From NCBI GenBank assembly GCA_021432655.1, contig MU271292.1, positions 62,001-105,608 of the forward strand: 43,608 nt of DNA, written 5' to 3'. The DNA is from Atractiella rhizophila (taxonomy: Eukaryota). Both the position numbers and the translations under genes were made by a program. A model generated the notes under the pieces. The model was not told the origin of the DNA, did not search any database, and saw only the letters and a list, made by a program, of their open reading frames with translations. Below, piece by piece: positions 11,201-23,096 of this stretch (positions are counted from its first letter, which is position 1; the number at the start of each line of letters is the position of its first letter).

Positions 11201-13101
11201 GGGGATGGCAAACTGTGTCCAGTCCACAGGGAGGATCAATTTTCGATGTGGAAGGAATGAGGAAGCGCTGGAGCGATTCAAGGAGGCGGAGGAGTTGTAC
11301 ATCTCGACAGGTAGTACACAAGGGAGGGCAGACTGCGTCAAATGCATCGGGGATGTCGATTTTCAATGCGGGAGGAACAATGAAGCACTCGCGCAATTCA
11401 AGGAGGCGGAGCAGCTGTACATCTTGACGGGGGATCCATTCGGCAGGGCAGCCTGCGTCCAATCTATGGGGAGGATCGATTTTCAATGCGGGAGGAATGA
11501 GAAAGCGCTGCAGCGATTCAAGGAGGCTGCGGAGTTGTTCATCTCGACGGGTAGTGCACAAGGGAGAGCAAACTGCGTCCAATCCATGGGGAGGATTGAT
11601 ATTAGATGCGGAAGAAATGAGGAAGCGCTGAAGCGATTCAAGGAGGCGGAGGAGCTGTACATCTNNNNNNNNNNNNNNNNNNNNNNNNNNNNNNNNNNNN
11701 NNNNNNNNNNNNNNNNNNNNNNNNNNNNNNNNNNNNNNNNNNNNNNNNNNNNNNNNNNNNNNNNNNNNNNNNNNNNNNNNNNNNNNNNNNNNNNNNNNNN
11801 NNNNNNNNNNNNNNNNNNNNNNNNNNNNNNNNNNNNNNNNNNNNNNNNNNNNNNNNNNNNNNNNNNNNNNNNNNNNNNNNNNNNNNNNNNNNNNNNNNNN
11901 NNNNNNNNNNNNNNNNNNNNNNNNNNNNNNNNNNNNNNNNNNNNNNNNNNNNNNNNNNNNNNNNNNNNNNNNNNNNNNNNNNNNNNNNNNNNNNNNNNNN
12001 NNNNNNNNNNNNNNNNNNNNNNNNNNNNNNNNNNNNNNNNNNNNNNNNNNNNNNNNNNNNNNNNNNNNNNNNNNNNNNAAGGAGGCGGACAAGCTGTACA
12101 TTTCAACGGGTAGTACACAAGGGAGGGCAGACTGTGTCAAATCCATAGGGGATGTCGATTTTCAATGCGGGAGGAACAATGAAGCGCTCGCGCGATTCAA
12201 GGAGGCGGAGCAGCTGTACATCTTGACGGGGGATCCATTCGGCAGGGCAGACTGCGTCCAGTCCATGGGGAGGATCGATTTTCAATGCGGGAGGAACGAG
12301 GAAGCTCTGGAATGGTTCGAGGAGGCAGAGGAGCTTTATATCTCTACGGGTAGTCCACAAGGGAGGGCAGACTGCGTCCAATCCATGGGGAGGATTGATT
12401 TTCGATGCGGAAGGAACGAGAAAGCGCAGGAGCGATTCAAGGAGGCCACAAAGTTGTACATCTCGACGGGTAGTGCACAAGGGAGAGCAGACTGTGTGCA
12501 ATCTATTGGGAGGATCGATTTTCGATGTGGAAAGAATGAGGAAGCGCTGAAGCGATTCAAGGAGGCGGAGGAGCTGTACATCTCGACAGGGAGTGCACAG
12601 GGGAGGGCAAACTGTGTCCAATATATGGGGAGGATNNNNNNNNNNNNNNNNNNNNNNNNNNNNNNNNNNNNNNNNNNNNNNNNNNNNNNNNNNNNNNNNN
12701 NNNNNNNNNNNNNNNNNNNNNNNNNNNNNNNNNNNNNNNNNNNNNNNNNNTGTGTCCAATCTATGGGGAGGATCGATTTTCGGTGTGGGAGGAATAGTGA
12801 AGCATTGGAGCGATTCAAGGAGGCGGAGGAGCTGTACATCTCGACGGGGGATCCAGTGGGGAGGGCAGACTGTGTCCAGTCCATGGGGAGGATTGATTTT
12901 CAATGCAGGAGGAACGAGGAAGCACTGAGGCGATTCAAGGAGGCAGAGAAGATCTATCTTGAGGCAGGAGATGTATATAGCAGGTCTTATTGCCTTGATT
13001 GCATCGCAAAGGTTGACAGAAAGTCTGGGAGAACTGGATGGAGGCGCTGGAAACCACCGTTCAAGACGTGCGTCATTCTAAGTTTCTCCTACATTTCTTG
13101 A
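8231..13101 (+). CDS. Fungal NLR-like STAND protein: patatin (PNPLA) + NB-ARC + TPR repeats; start uncertain, two assembly gaps
   Basis: Patatin LRILSIDNGG, FDLICGTSTGG, ATSAEPAFF, NNP, LSLGVG, YHRFNV; Walker A GLAGNGKST; Walker B LLILDNFE; LDYHPLCI (GxPL-like); >=13 40-aa TPR-like repeats; phase-compatible intron 9425-9471. Confidence 0.9.
10965..12960 (+). repeat. Coding tandem array of ~120-bp TPR units, interrupted by N gaps 11665-12078 and 12636-12750
   Basis: Unit GRA(N/D)CVQSMGRIDF(R/Q)CGRNEEAL.RFKEAEELYIST repeats with a 120-nt period and high nucleotide identity. Confidence 0.97.
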
Positions 13102-13499
13102 GTATTCATTGACCCCGTACAGTTTCATAGCCCAAGTTAAAGGAACGCACGTTGCCCAGTGATACAGAGAGACTTTCGAAGTTCAGTAATAATTTTTCAT
13201 ATTGGCGTATAGAAGCAGAGAAAGTTGTGGATGTCAATGAAATCCTAGCTCACTGGTGACTGGCCCACGGAGTCTGGTCGATGTTCCCAAATGCATGTAC
13301 CCAACCCTGACTGGGGGACCTGGTGGAGAGTTACTTTCTGGATTTGGTGAAGATTAGTGGCAGACCGACATAGACGAAGATGGGGTATAACAGTTCTCAG
13401 CTTTCATTCTACGGTAATACATACAAGTTAGGTGCCAAACAAAATAAATTATGTGTCTGCTTCACATATTCGGCAACTTCTGGCTTCTGGGGGCTGACG

Positions 13500-15450
13500 A
13501 CATTACTCACAAACAAGTATGACTTCAGCACAGCTCATTCAGACGATATCCAAACCCTCGACCATCTACCAGCACGATCTCTCCCATGTCCGCCGTCTTT
13601 CTCTTCTCTTCGACCGTCTCTTTCCTCTCCGTCTCCTCAGAAGGTTTGTCGAACTACCTCATCCCGTCCTTCAGTCTTGAAAGCACTTTAACCTCTTCCT
13701 TTCCACCGTTCATCTTCCCCTGATTCCACAACCGCCCCAGCCGTCTTTTCCAGCTCTTCTCCCCTCCAACTCCTCTTCCAACTGCAACACCCTCGCCCTC
13801 AACCTTCCATTGGCGACCTCGAGCGCATTAAAAGCGCTCCTGCAACTTCGTCGGATCCAAGGTACCCATCAACCTCTCTGAGTGAGAATCCTGGTCCTGC
13901 TGCTGTCGCCGTGCTTCATGCTAAATGAAAATAGTAGCTCTTATCTTTACTCGCAGATTCTAAGGTTCCCCAATCACGTATAAGCAAATGCGAATACAGT
14001 AAAGATATTTGATTTCGTTATGAAGTAATAGACATACCTAAGGTTCCCCAATCACGTATAAGCAAATGCGAATACAGTAAAGATATTTGATTGGGGAAAA
14101 CAGAAAGCAAAACCCATAGCCATGCTTTATAAGTCCGGACTAACGGTGAAGTGCACATGTTTGGCACGGCATCCGGAACGCAAGGCAAACGATCGAGATT
14201 TGTGTCCACACACCCATCTCCTCTCTCTCCTTTCCATTGTATTATTGATGTCCAACAATGCTGAGACCGCCTTGTCGCTTCAGACCCTAAGTCTGGGATG
14301 TTCATCCGGTACTTCCTCCGAACTTGATGGTGTGGAAGGTGTCGGAGACAGACCGCAGGAATTGTTGCTTGAAGTGGATTTGGGCGGAAGAGGACGTGGA
14401 ACTGGTTTGTAAGGTTGCGTAGAGGACTTTCGCTTTTTTTGTGGTGGAGGCGCTGAATCCCTCACTCGTTCTTTTGTGGATGCGCTGGTGGGGCGTGAGG
14501 AATGTGGGAGGTGGGAGCTAGGGTGTACTTTTCTGGAGAAGTAGAGGGTGTGGCTGTAAGTAGACATAAAGCAGTGGATACGCCGGAAGGAGTGGTGGAG
14601 AGAGGTAGAGGAGAGATGGGACAAAATATCTGTGCGGAGGAGGTTGCATGTCGATTTCTCCATCTATCCATTGCCGCTCATTGAGTCGACATACAGCAAC
14701 AGAATGAAGGGACGATGCACCCGTCATCTCTGACTCCCATGCCTTTCAATCAGACATCAATCCACCTCCACCGTGCCTTGCATGTTCTACATCGGTCCCC
14801 CCATTTTTGCTCCAACAATGCCGTCAACGTCGACATCGTCCGCCGTTCCTTTCCCTTCGTCGAATGCGTGCCCGCCTTTGATAGGTGAGCTCTCATTTAA
14901 GCGAGTATAGGGATCAAAATCGACCAATTGCCATCTATGAATGAGTTGAGGTACTGATCGACGATGTGCATGTCCAACAGCGTCTGAGAATTGACTGGCT
15001 GGGGAATACGCCTAAACGCGTTGCGTGAGCGGCGTTTCAAGCGGAAACCTGCGGAACGGAGGAAGCGTTGGAGGAGGCGGAGGCGAGGGTCAAGCTAGAG
15101 AGATTGGAGGAGGTCTGGCGGGAGGGTGCAGAGGGTAAAGTTGGTGTTGGGGTTCGTGTTCAAGAGCCGCTGGCGTTGAGGGTGTCATTGCCCATGCTGT
15201 TCCTGATGAATCCTGCGTTGGACTTGGCTGAATACTGGCGCAGAAAGATATGAAGATGAGATGTCGTCGAATGTTCGTTGTTTGAGTTTGAAGGGACGCG
15301 ACGACCTTATCATGCCGCGGCAATTGATTCCGCAACCATAATCAAACCAACTCCTCCTGCGCTGGGCCAAGCTGGGCCAAACTGGATTAGCTGCTGGCAA
15401 AGATTTATAATCTGGAGAATCTCTGTGCACCGTCTCTGGAAATACCAAGT
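13500..15450 (-). pseudogene. Probable degenerate minus-strand gene remnant
   Basis: Coding-like segments broken by frameshifts/stops (LMGTLDPTKLQERF / NALEVANGRLRARVLQLEEELE coiled coil near 13760-13880; P/S-rich ORF 14280-14663); no family recognised. Confidence 0.3.
13960..14092. repeat. Perfect 55-bp direct repeat (13960-14014, 14038-14092) with 23-bp spacer
   Basis: ctaaggttccccaatcacgtataagcaaatgcgaatacagtaaagatatttgatt occurs twice. Confidence 0.95.
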
Positions 15451-15855
15451 TTGTACAATTCTACCTGTGTTATCGCATCTCTTTTGGTCTCTTGTTGCCT
15501 TCCTGTAGAGGCAAGCAGGATCCTCTATTATCGAGTGATCAGTGCCCAAAATTCTCTCGGACAGTCGAACTGATTATCTGACCACATTGATCTTTGAACG
15601 AGCGATATTGCCATTACAGACCACTGCCAAATTGCTGCCCCGGTACCTTGTAATGGTTACGTGCCGGTGATAAATCATCCATCTTCCTCCTGCTTACTAG
15701 TATGCCTGTCACTTGACAGGAAAGCATTACCTCTTCGAGTGTCCATGAAAGCGATTCGGTAATGCTTCCTCCATTATCGATGACAACGATGACAGACGTC
15801 GAAGAATATTAAACCTGAATTCCAACCGAAACTGACTTCCATCCTACGCACAGGA

Positions 15856-17505
15856 ATGGAGAACTACACGATCCACTCCTCCCGCGTTCTTCTTCCCTCC
15901 ACAAAAGAACCGATCGAAGCTGTCCTCACCCTCTCCCCCTCCACAGGCAAATTCGTGTCCATCACTCGTGGTCCCCCTTCCGCCGACACTTCCATCGATA
16001 TCGAACTCCACCACGCACTCGTCTTTCCCGGGTTGGTTGACGCGCACGTACACGTTAACGATCCTGGACGGACAGAATGGGAGGAGTGGGGAAGGGCAAC
16101 AGAGGCAGCTGCTGCCGGAGGTTTGAATTTTGCTCTATTCGGACACCGCGACAAGTGGAATTGAGAAGTGTAATAGGCGTGACGACAATTGTGGATATGC
16201 CTCTCAATAGTATACCTCCGACTACGACGGTGGCTAATTTCAACACCAAGCTTGAAGCGGCGAAGAAGAGCATCAATGTAGATGTGGCGTTTTGGGGTGG
16301 GATCATTCCAACGAACGCCGTGCGTTCTTTCGTCTTCTCTTTACTCCTCATTCTTGCATAGGTTCACGGAGAATAGGAGGACCTCAAACCTCTCATCGAG
16401 AAAGGCGTGAAGGGATTCAAGTGTTTTCTCTGTCCTTCAGGAGTGGACGAGTTCCCATGTGTGAACGAAAGCGAAGTTCTGCGGGCCATGAAAGAGCTGG
16501 ACGTGCGTCGTCCTCACATCTATTCCTTTCTCGCTGCTAACAACTCGTAGGGCACTGATATCCCGTTCCTCTTCCATGCAGAACTCGAGCACGATGCCTC
16601 CTCTCACCAACTCGAAGGAGCAGCAGACGACCCAACTGTCTACGATTCCTTTTTAAAAACGAGGCCGGACGATATGGAGTATCGAGCCATCGAATTGGTC
16701 ATTAAATGTTTGAGGCAATACCCAAGAGTGCGAGCGCATATCGTGCACCTTTCCTGTGCGTTTCATCCTTCCTCTGACATTTCCGACATTTCAGCTAAAA
16801 GGAGTGTACCTAGCTGCCTCTTGTATTCCTCTGCTCCAATTAGCACAGGCGGAAGGATTGAGAATAACGGTCGAGACGTGCTTCCACTACCTCTGCCTAT
16901 CTGCAGATACCATTCCCGACTCCCAAACGCTATACAAATGTTGTCCACCCATCAGAACACATGCCGTTCGTGGTTTTCTCCCTTCTTCCCCCTTTGCCTC
17001 TAAAAGATACCGCAATCAGAATCGGGAAGCGCTTTGGTCCTCTCTCCTTTCCCCAACCGGTGACAGTCCCATCTCGATGGTCGTATCCGACCACTCACCC
17101 TCCACCAGCTCCTTGAAACACCCGTCCTTCCTCTCCGCCTGGGGCGGCATCTCCTCCCTCGGCCTAGGTCTGCCTCTCCTTCTCACCGAACTGTCCGACC
17201 GTGCCGGCTCGCGTCGATACGAGCTTGCTCGAAAGTGGCTGGCTGAGGAGCCGGCTCGACATGCGGGTCTGCAGGGGAGGAAGGGCAGGATCGAGGTGGG
17301 GATGGATGCGGATCTGTGCGTTGTGAGGGAGGAGGAGTGGGTTATTGGGAGGGAGCAGCTGAGGTTTAAGAATGCTCATTCGCCGTATGCGAGCGAGGGG
17401 AGGAAGGTTGATGCGAAGGTCGTTAGGACGTTTTTGCGTGGAGTTGAGGTGTATAGGGAGGGTGAGGGACTGATGGTTCAGGGAGCTGGAAAGACCTTGT
17501 TGTGA
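15856..17505 (+). CDS. DAL1: Allantoinase (amidohydrolase superfamily), multi-exon
   Basis: [99 protein letters not shown]. Confidence 0.95.
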
Positions 17506-17929
17506 TGATTAGCGAATCTATCATGATGCAAATGTACTGAATAGAACTCTCGTAGCAGAAACTTGAATGTGCACTGCTGTTTCTCATTCTCAAAAGTGTG
17601 CTTCTGCCTGTTTTTGTGATGGCACCTTGAATGTGAAGTTGCAAAGGCACGAAGGAGGATGAGTTTATTTCTAGATTGGAGAGTAAATGAAAACGATGGC
17701 ACACTTGACTTTATGAAAGAAGCATCATGCCATGCTCGCAAGAGTTCGTGGTGGATGGTTGCGCGGTGGACACCGCTCGCTGCTCAGCCGGCACACTTTG
17801 CTTTTTGCTTCGGTTCTGTGGCTATCCCCCCGACTCCACCCTGTAGTGGTTCATGGACGATCACGTTCGCTCAGTCATCTAGCCCAGCAAGAAGGCATCT
17901 TGCTGCCAATTGGACAAAAAGCTGAGACA

Positions 17930-19321
17930 CCATCGTTCGAGTATCGAGACTGCGAATCGAGACCCCATTCAGGCGGTGAGGTACCGGAAGATCGTGGAGA
18001 GCGGAAATGTTAACTCGCCCGTCAACCTCTTCAACGGAAAGGGTGTGTCTTCTTCCTTTGGTTTGGAGGTGGGAGAGCTGAAGAGTAGTGTAAAGGTGGA
18101 ACTTTCACTTTGGCCGATGACAGCGACTACCCAGGAGGCATTGGCAGCGGTATGGCCTCCGTCGTCCTCGTGCTCGCAGTGAGTTGTCCTTCCACGTTTC
18201 ACTCTCATTTCCCTCAAGCTAAAGCCATTATGTGACAGCCATGCGCCGTGATTCAACCGCATTACCAACCACGAGCGAACGAGATTGGTTACCTGATTTC
18301 CGGAGGTCCCGTGCGGTGGGCCACTCAATTCGAGGCTGGAGAACCTCTCGACTACGAATTCCTCCAAGTCGGACAAGCTCTTATGGTGTGTTTCCCTCTT
18401 TCATTCTTCCAGAAGAAAATGATACTGAAGAGAATTACAGCTGCGCAAGGGATCTATGCACTATGGTCTCGTCTTGGGTTGCGACCTTACCCTTGTGCTG
18501 GCCGCTTTCGAGTAGGTCTTTACTAACTCATTTATGACATTGTTGAGTTGACGAAAATGAACAGTGTTGAGGACCCTGGATTCAACTTGGTCCCCTTCGC
18601 CTTCTGGTGTTTCGACTACGAGGCCATTGCCGCCTCTCACGGAACATACGGTGTTCAACCCGTAGACTGTACGTTTTCCCCTCCTCTTATAAATGTGGCA
18701 GGCGCTAACGTGAGATGGCCTGTAGTCTCCCAGTTCCCGCAACCGCTCAACTTGGGCGCCCAACAATGTCTCGACCGGTGCGGCATCGACCGTTCCGCCT
18801 TCGACGTCGGATGGACCACCAAGCTCCAGCTCATGCAGGCCTCCTTCACCATTTACGCCAAGCAAGTCCTTGCTAGCAACCTCTCCACCTTCGAGCCTCT
18901 CCTAGACCTCGACCTCACCCAAACTACTCGTACCAACTAAGGACCGTATAACAACTATGGTATCGCTGAAGTAGCCACCGCAGCTAGGTTAGTATTCTCC
19001 TGCCTTCCATCATCACAACCAACTGACGATTCGATTCTGCAACACAGCGGTCTTAGATCCATCTCAGGAGCTTCCACCATCGGAAACCTCTCCGGAGTCG
19101 ACTACACAAAGCAAAACGCCAGCGGAACCGGGAACAAGGTCCAAGGCTCCGTTTCTGACCCGATGGCGAACAACGTGAACCACGTCGACCCCTCCGCCTG
19201 GATGAAAGGTCGCGTCAACCTGACCGGCACCATCGGGCCCTCCGTCAACGGCGTCCAACGCTCCGCGCCGTCTCTGGGTTCGCATCCGACAATGGGAGTG
19301 GAGGGGACTCTTCGGAACTGA
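17930..19321 (+). CDS. Spherulin/germin-like cupin protein with C-terminal extension (boundaries approximate)
   Basis: PCAVIQPHYQPRANE (germin box PHxHPRAxE variant), GQALM, NSVEDPG, LGAQQCLDRCGI as in fungal spherulin-like cupins; several short introns. Confidence 0.65.
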
Positions 19322-19783
19322 AGAGCCACCGGATCGCGACTCACGTCCTCGCCGCCAGCAGCGCTTTCTTCCTTTCTTCGACCATCTTCCTCTTTTATGC
19401 TGTCAGCAAACAGAGGAAGTCCGGACAGAGGTTGGGTGGAGGAAGCTCGAGGCCTCTCATGACCCAGGCTTTTGATTTGTAATGTTCGTTATCGTACCCT
19501 CCCATGTTTTAATGATGATGGAATGGATTCACGTATGCCTTGAACCCTCCCCTTTTGGACTTTTCGCCTTTTCGTGCGTGACGTGGAGCTGCCACAGTAA
19601 TCTGTTAGATGATAGCTTGCCTTCGGGAATGTTGCAACGTTAATGTTTGGTTGACATCGATACTTCCAGCTTCCGTCATCATGATGGAGTGGCTGCATTA
19701 TTCCTGAGACCATTGACTTACGTTAAGCGCAAAAGCTGAAATCAGGAAGTTTACTTCGTCTCCGAAATGTGAGAGTAGCGATA

Positions 19784-22070
19784 ACCAGGAGAACATCTGA
19801 GTACGCTGGCATATTAGCCTACTTCTTCTTTTTTAAGGTCAACATCCATATAATTACCACATCTCGTTCAAACCAGGCAATGACTCGCCGAGGGACGTCC
19901 AAATTGTACATTATAAGAAGTCCAGCACGGTCCAAGCCTGATTTCGCTTTTATTTGTGAACATCACTCTACTTATACTCCTATCGTGAGCAATGATTTTC
20001 AGCCTCCAAAGTCATGGTAAATCTACTCCGGAGCGCGGACACCGTGATGGCGCTCCAAAACGAGCTAGTCCGGCCAATGTGATGTGTGAGCCCTCGTTTC
20101 TTGTGCTAATAATCCAGATCAAGACTGACAAGTAGCCCCAGCTCTCAGGAAACGGAAGACTCAGGCTGTGACATCTGAAAGAGACGATCCGGGGCGGCCG
20201 TCGCTCCCATCTGATTTGATCCACCTCATCCTCAAGGGGATTTGGCTTGATGCGTTGGCTTGTTGGAAAGGACATTATGATGCAGTCTGCGACTTCTGGC
20301 GGTTGAGGATGCTTTCCCGCACGTTTAGAGAAGAGGTTGTGCGATTGAGATGTCGTGTTATCACGGTACACTCTTACCGACAGCTTGAAAAGCTCATGCG
20401 CCGAAGCAACGCTCACCTCCATCCTTTCATTCGTATTGTCGAATTTCACATTGATTACGATCCTGAAACCTCTTCCTCTCCTTTCCTACCTATCTTGACC
20501 TTTCAGTTCTCCTTGAAACCGATTGCAGATAACGTATGGACGTGGATGTCTTCCTTGGTCTTTTTGGAAGAGTTGGAGTTTCATGGAGAGTTGCTCGAAC
20601 TCGTTGTTCCACCCATTCGGGGTCTTCGCCGTCTACTTCTACGCCGATGGGGAGGTCTGCTCCCTCCACGGACACTACATAACATCGTCCCACAATTGAC
20701 TGATTTCAATTCGTTGGAGTCCCTAGAAATTGACGGATCGATCCATTGTTCCGACGATGCTTCTGCAACCCTTCAAGCCCCTTGCTCCGTACAAAGATTG
20801 TCTACAGGCCAGCATACTGCTGTTTCCAAAAGGAGCAAACCTCAAGTCACGATTAGGACAGTGCCAACTTTTTGTTCTTCACGAAACATCACCTCGCTTT
20901 CAACCCATGAGGCGAGCTGGAGTGTCACCAGGAGAACATCTGAGTACGCTGGCATATTAGCCTACTTCTTCTTTTTTAAGGTCAACATCCATATAATTAC
21001 CACATCTCGTTCAAACCAGGCAATGACTCGCCGAGGGACGTCCAAATTGTACATTATAAGAAGTCCAGCACGGTCCAAGCCTGATTTCGCTTTTATTTGT
21101 GAACATCACTCTACTTATACTCCTATCGTGAGCAATGATTTTCAGCCTCCAAAGTCATGGTAAATCTACTCCGGAGCGCGGACACCGTGATGGCGCTCCA
21201 AAACGAGCTAGTCCGGCCAATGTGATGTGTGAGCCCTCGTTTCTTGTGCTAATAATCCAGATCAAGACTGACAAGTAGCCCCAGCTCTCAGGAAACGGAA
21301 AACTCAGGCTGTGACATCTGAAAGAGACGATCCGGGGCGGCCGTCGCTCCCATCTGATTTGATCCACCTCATCCTCAAGGGGATTTGGCTTGATGCGTTG
21401 GCTTGTTGGAAAGGACATTATGATGCAGTCTGCGACTTCTGGCGGTTGAGGATGCTTTCCCGCACGTTTAGAGAAGAGGTTGTGCGATTGAGATGTCGTG
21501 TTATCACGGTACACTCTTACCGACAGCTTGAAAAGCTCATGCGCCGAAGCAACGCTCACCTCCATCCTTTCATTCGTATTGTCGAATTTCACATTGATTA
21601 CGATCCTGAAACCTCTTCCTCTCCTTTCCTACCTATCTTGACCTTTCAGTTCTCCTTGAAACCGATTGCAGATAACATATGGACGTGGATACCTTCCTTG
21701 GTCAATTTGGAAGAGTTAGAGTTTCATGGAGAGTTACTCGAACTCGTTGTCCCACCCATTCGCGGTCTTCGCCGTCTACTTCTACGCCGATGGGGAGGTC
21801 TGCTCCCTCCACGGACACTACATAACATCGTCCCACAATTGACTGATTTCAATTCGTTAGAGTCCCTAGAAATTGACGGATCGATCCATTGTTCGGACGA
21901 TGCTTCTGCAACCCTTCAAGCCCCTTGCTCCGTACAAAGATTGTCTATAGGCCAGCATACTGCTGTTTCCAAAAGGAGCAAACCTCAAGGCACGATTAGG
22001 ACAGTGCCAACTTTTTGTTCTTCACGAAACATCACCTCGCTTTCAACCCATGAGGCGACCTGGAGTGTCA
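19784..22070. repeat. Head-to-tail tandem duplication, 1143-bp unit (19784-20926 / 20927-22069)
   Basis: Near-identical sequence at offset 1143; junction gtgtc-A-ccagg with 1-nt microhomology; substitutions concentrated in the coding 3' half. Confidence 0.97.
19992..21163 (+). pseudogene. Truncated/chimeric F-box-LRR-like copy; reads into duplicated upstream non-coding DNA after 20927
   Basis: Same ATG/intron structure as 21135-22531 but loses the last ~150 codons, replaced by ..TRRTSEYAG..PPKSW*. Confidence 0.7.
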
Positions 22071-22531
22071 GAAAGCTGTATCGAGTGCTCGAGGTGCTAA
22101 AATCATCCTTGAACGAGCTTGCAGTTTTGTCCCTACGTCGCCTAACACTTCCCGCTCTCCGTGCTCTTCGATGCCTCAAGTTGGATGGGAGATATCCTCA
22201 CTCTCCCGAGTTCGCTACAATCGCCCCGCACTCAGATTGTTGGTCTTCCCTCTCAGTCCTCAGCCTGACTCGCATTTCCATCAGTCAGCTTTCTGAAGAA
22301 TACGTTCCAATTTACATCACACACTCGCTCACTCTAAAGCACTGTTTAATTAAGGTGCACATCGCCGTCAGGTTATTAGAAGTAGAGCAAACAAAATTCC
22401 GTTTCGTCGCTTCCAACACGTATTCTTCACCTTCTCCATCGTACAAAGGACGCAGCAAAGAAAAAGTAGCTGTGTGGGATAAGCTGCGAGAGCAAGATGC
22501 AGAGTACGTTAGGCGAAAACAGACATTGTGA
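21135..22531 (+). CDS. F-box-like + LRR (RNI-like) protein, paralog A
   Basis: ATG 21135, phase-1 intron ending ccccag 21284, long exon with LPSDLIHLILK...LRMLSRTFR F-box-like motif and LxxLxL repeats. Confidence 0.75.
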
Positions 22532-23096
22532 ATGACTTTCATCAATGAGGTGTCGTTGGGTACTCGCACAGCGATCAATGTACTTTCTAGGCTACCTTGT
22601 GAGCAACACGAGGAAGAGGGTCAAGTAATTTGTTGCTGATTTGTGATTTGTAACGATGTAATTTTAGTAGTGCGTCCTACTCACCTTTCCACCTTTATTC
22701 ATCCTGATTTGTCAACGAGCACTTGTCTTGATGAATGTTGGTATCTGCACTATACAAAGACATTGTGGCGGAGACAACCCAAGTCACAGTATTATCCAGT
22801 TGAACGCAAATGCAACCAGTCCCATCGATACTGATCGAGAAACATCAAGACCTGCAGGCAATCAACTGAGTACGAAGGCTTACTCAGTGAAAAATTTGTG
22901 AAGCGAATTGTCTGGGTCAGCGGAGTAAACTAGGGGTGGGTACCAGTGCCCGCATAATTAATCACCTGCACAAAGTCACTTAGTACGTATCTACGAGCCA
23001 CTGGTGACTCGACAAGGGACTTGCTTGGTTAAATAGTACCACTCGATCGTTATACTCTTCACTTAGAAGTCCACGTCGATGTATTGGCATTGAGCA

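Noticed and set aside
11665..12223. Apparent frameshift splitting the NLR into ORFs 9486-12113 and 12223-13101
   Set aside because: Frame change falls in an N gap of estimated length; repeats continue on both sides
10901..12928. Long antisense and alternate-frame ORFs over the TPR array
   Set aside because: By-product of a stop-free repeated unit and of N runs translated as X
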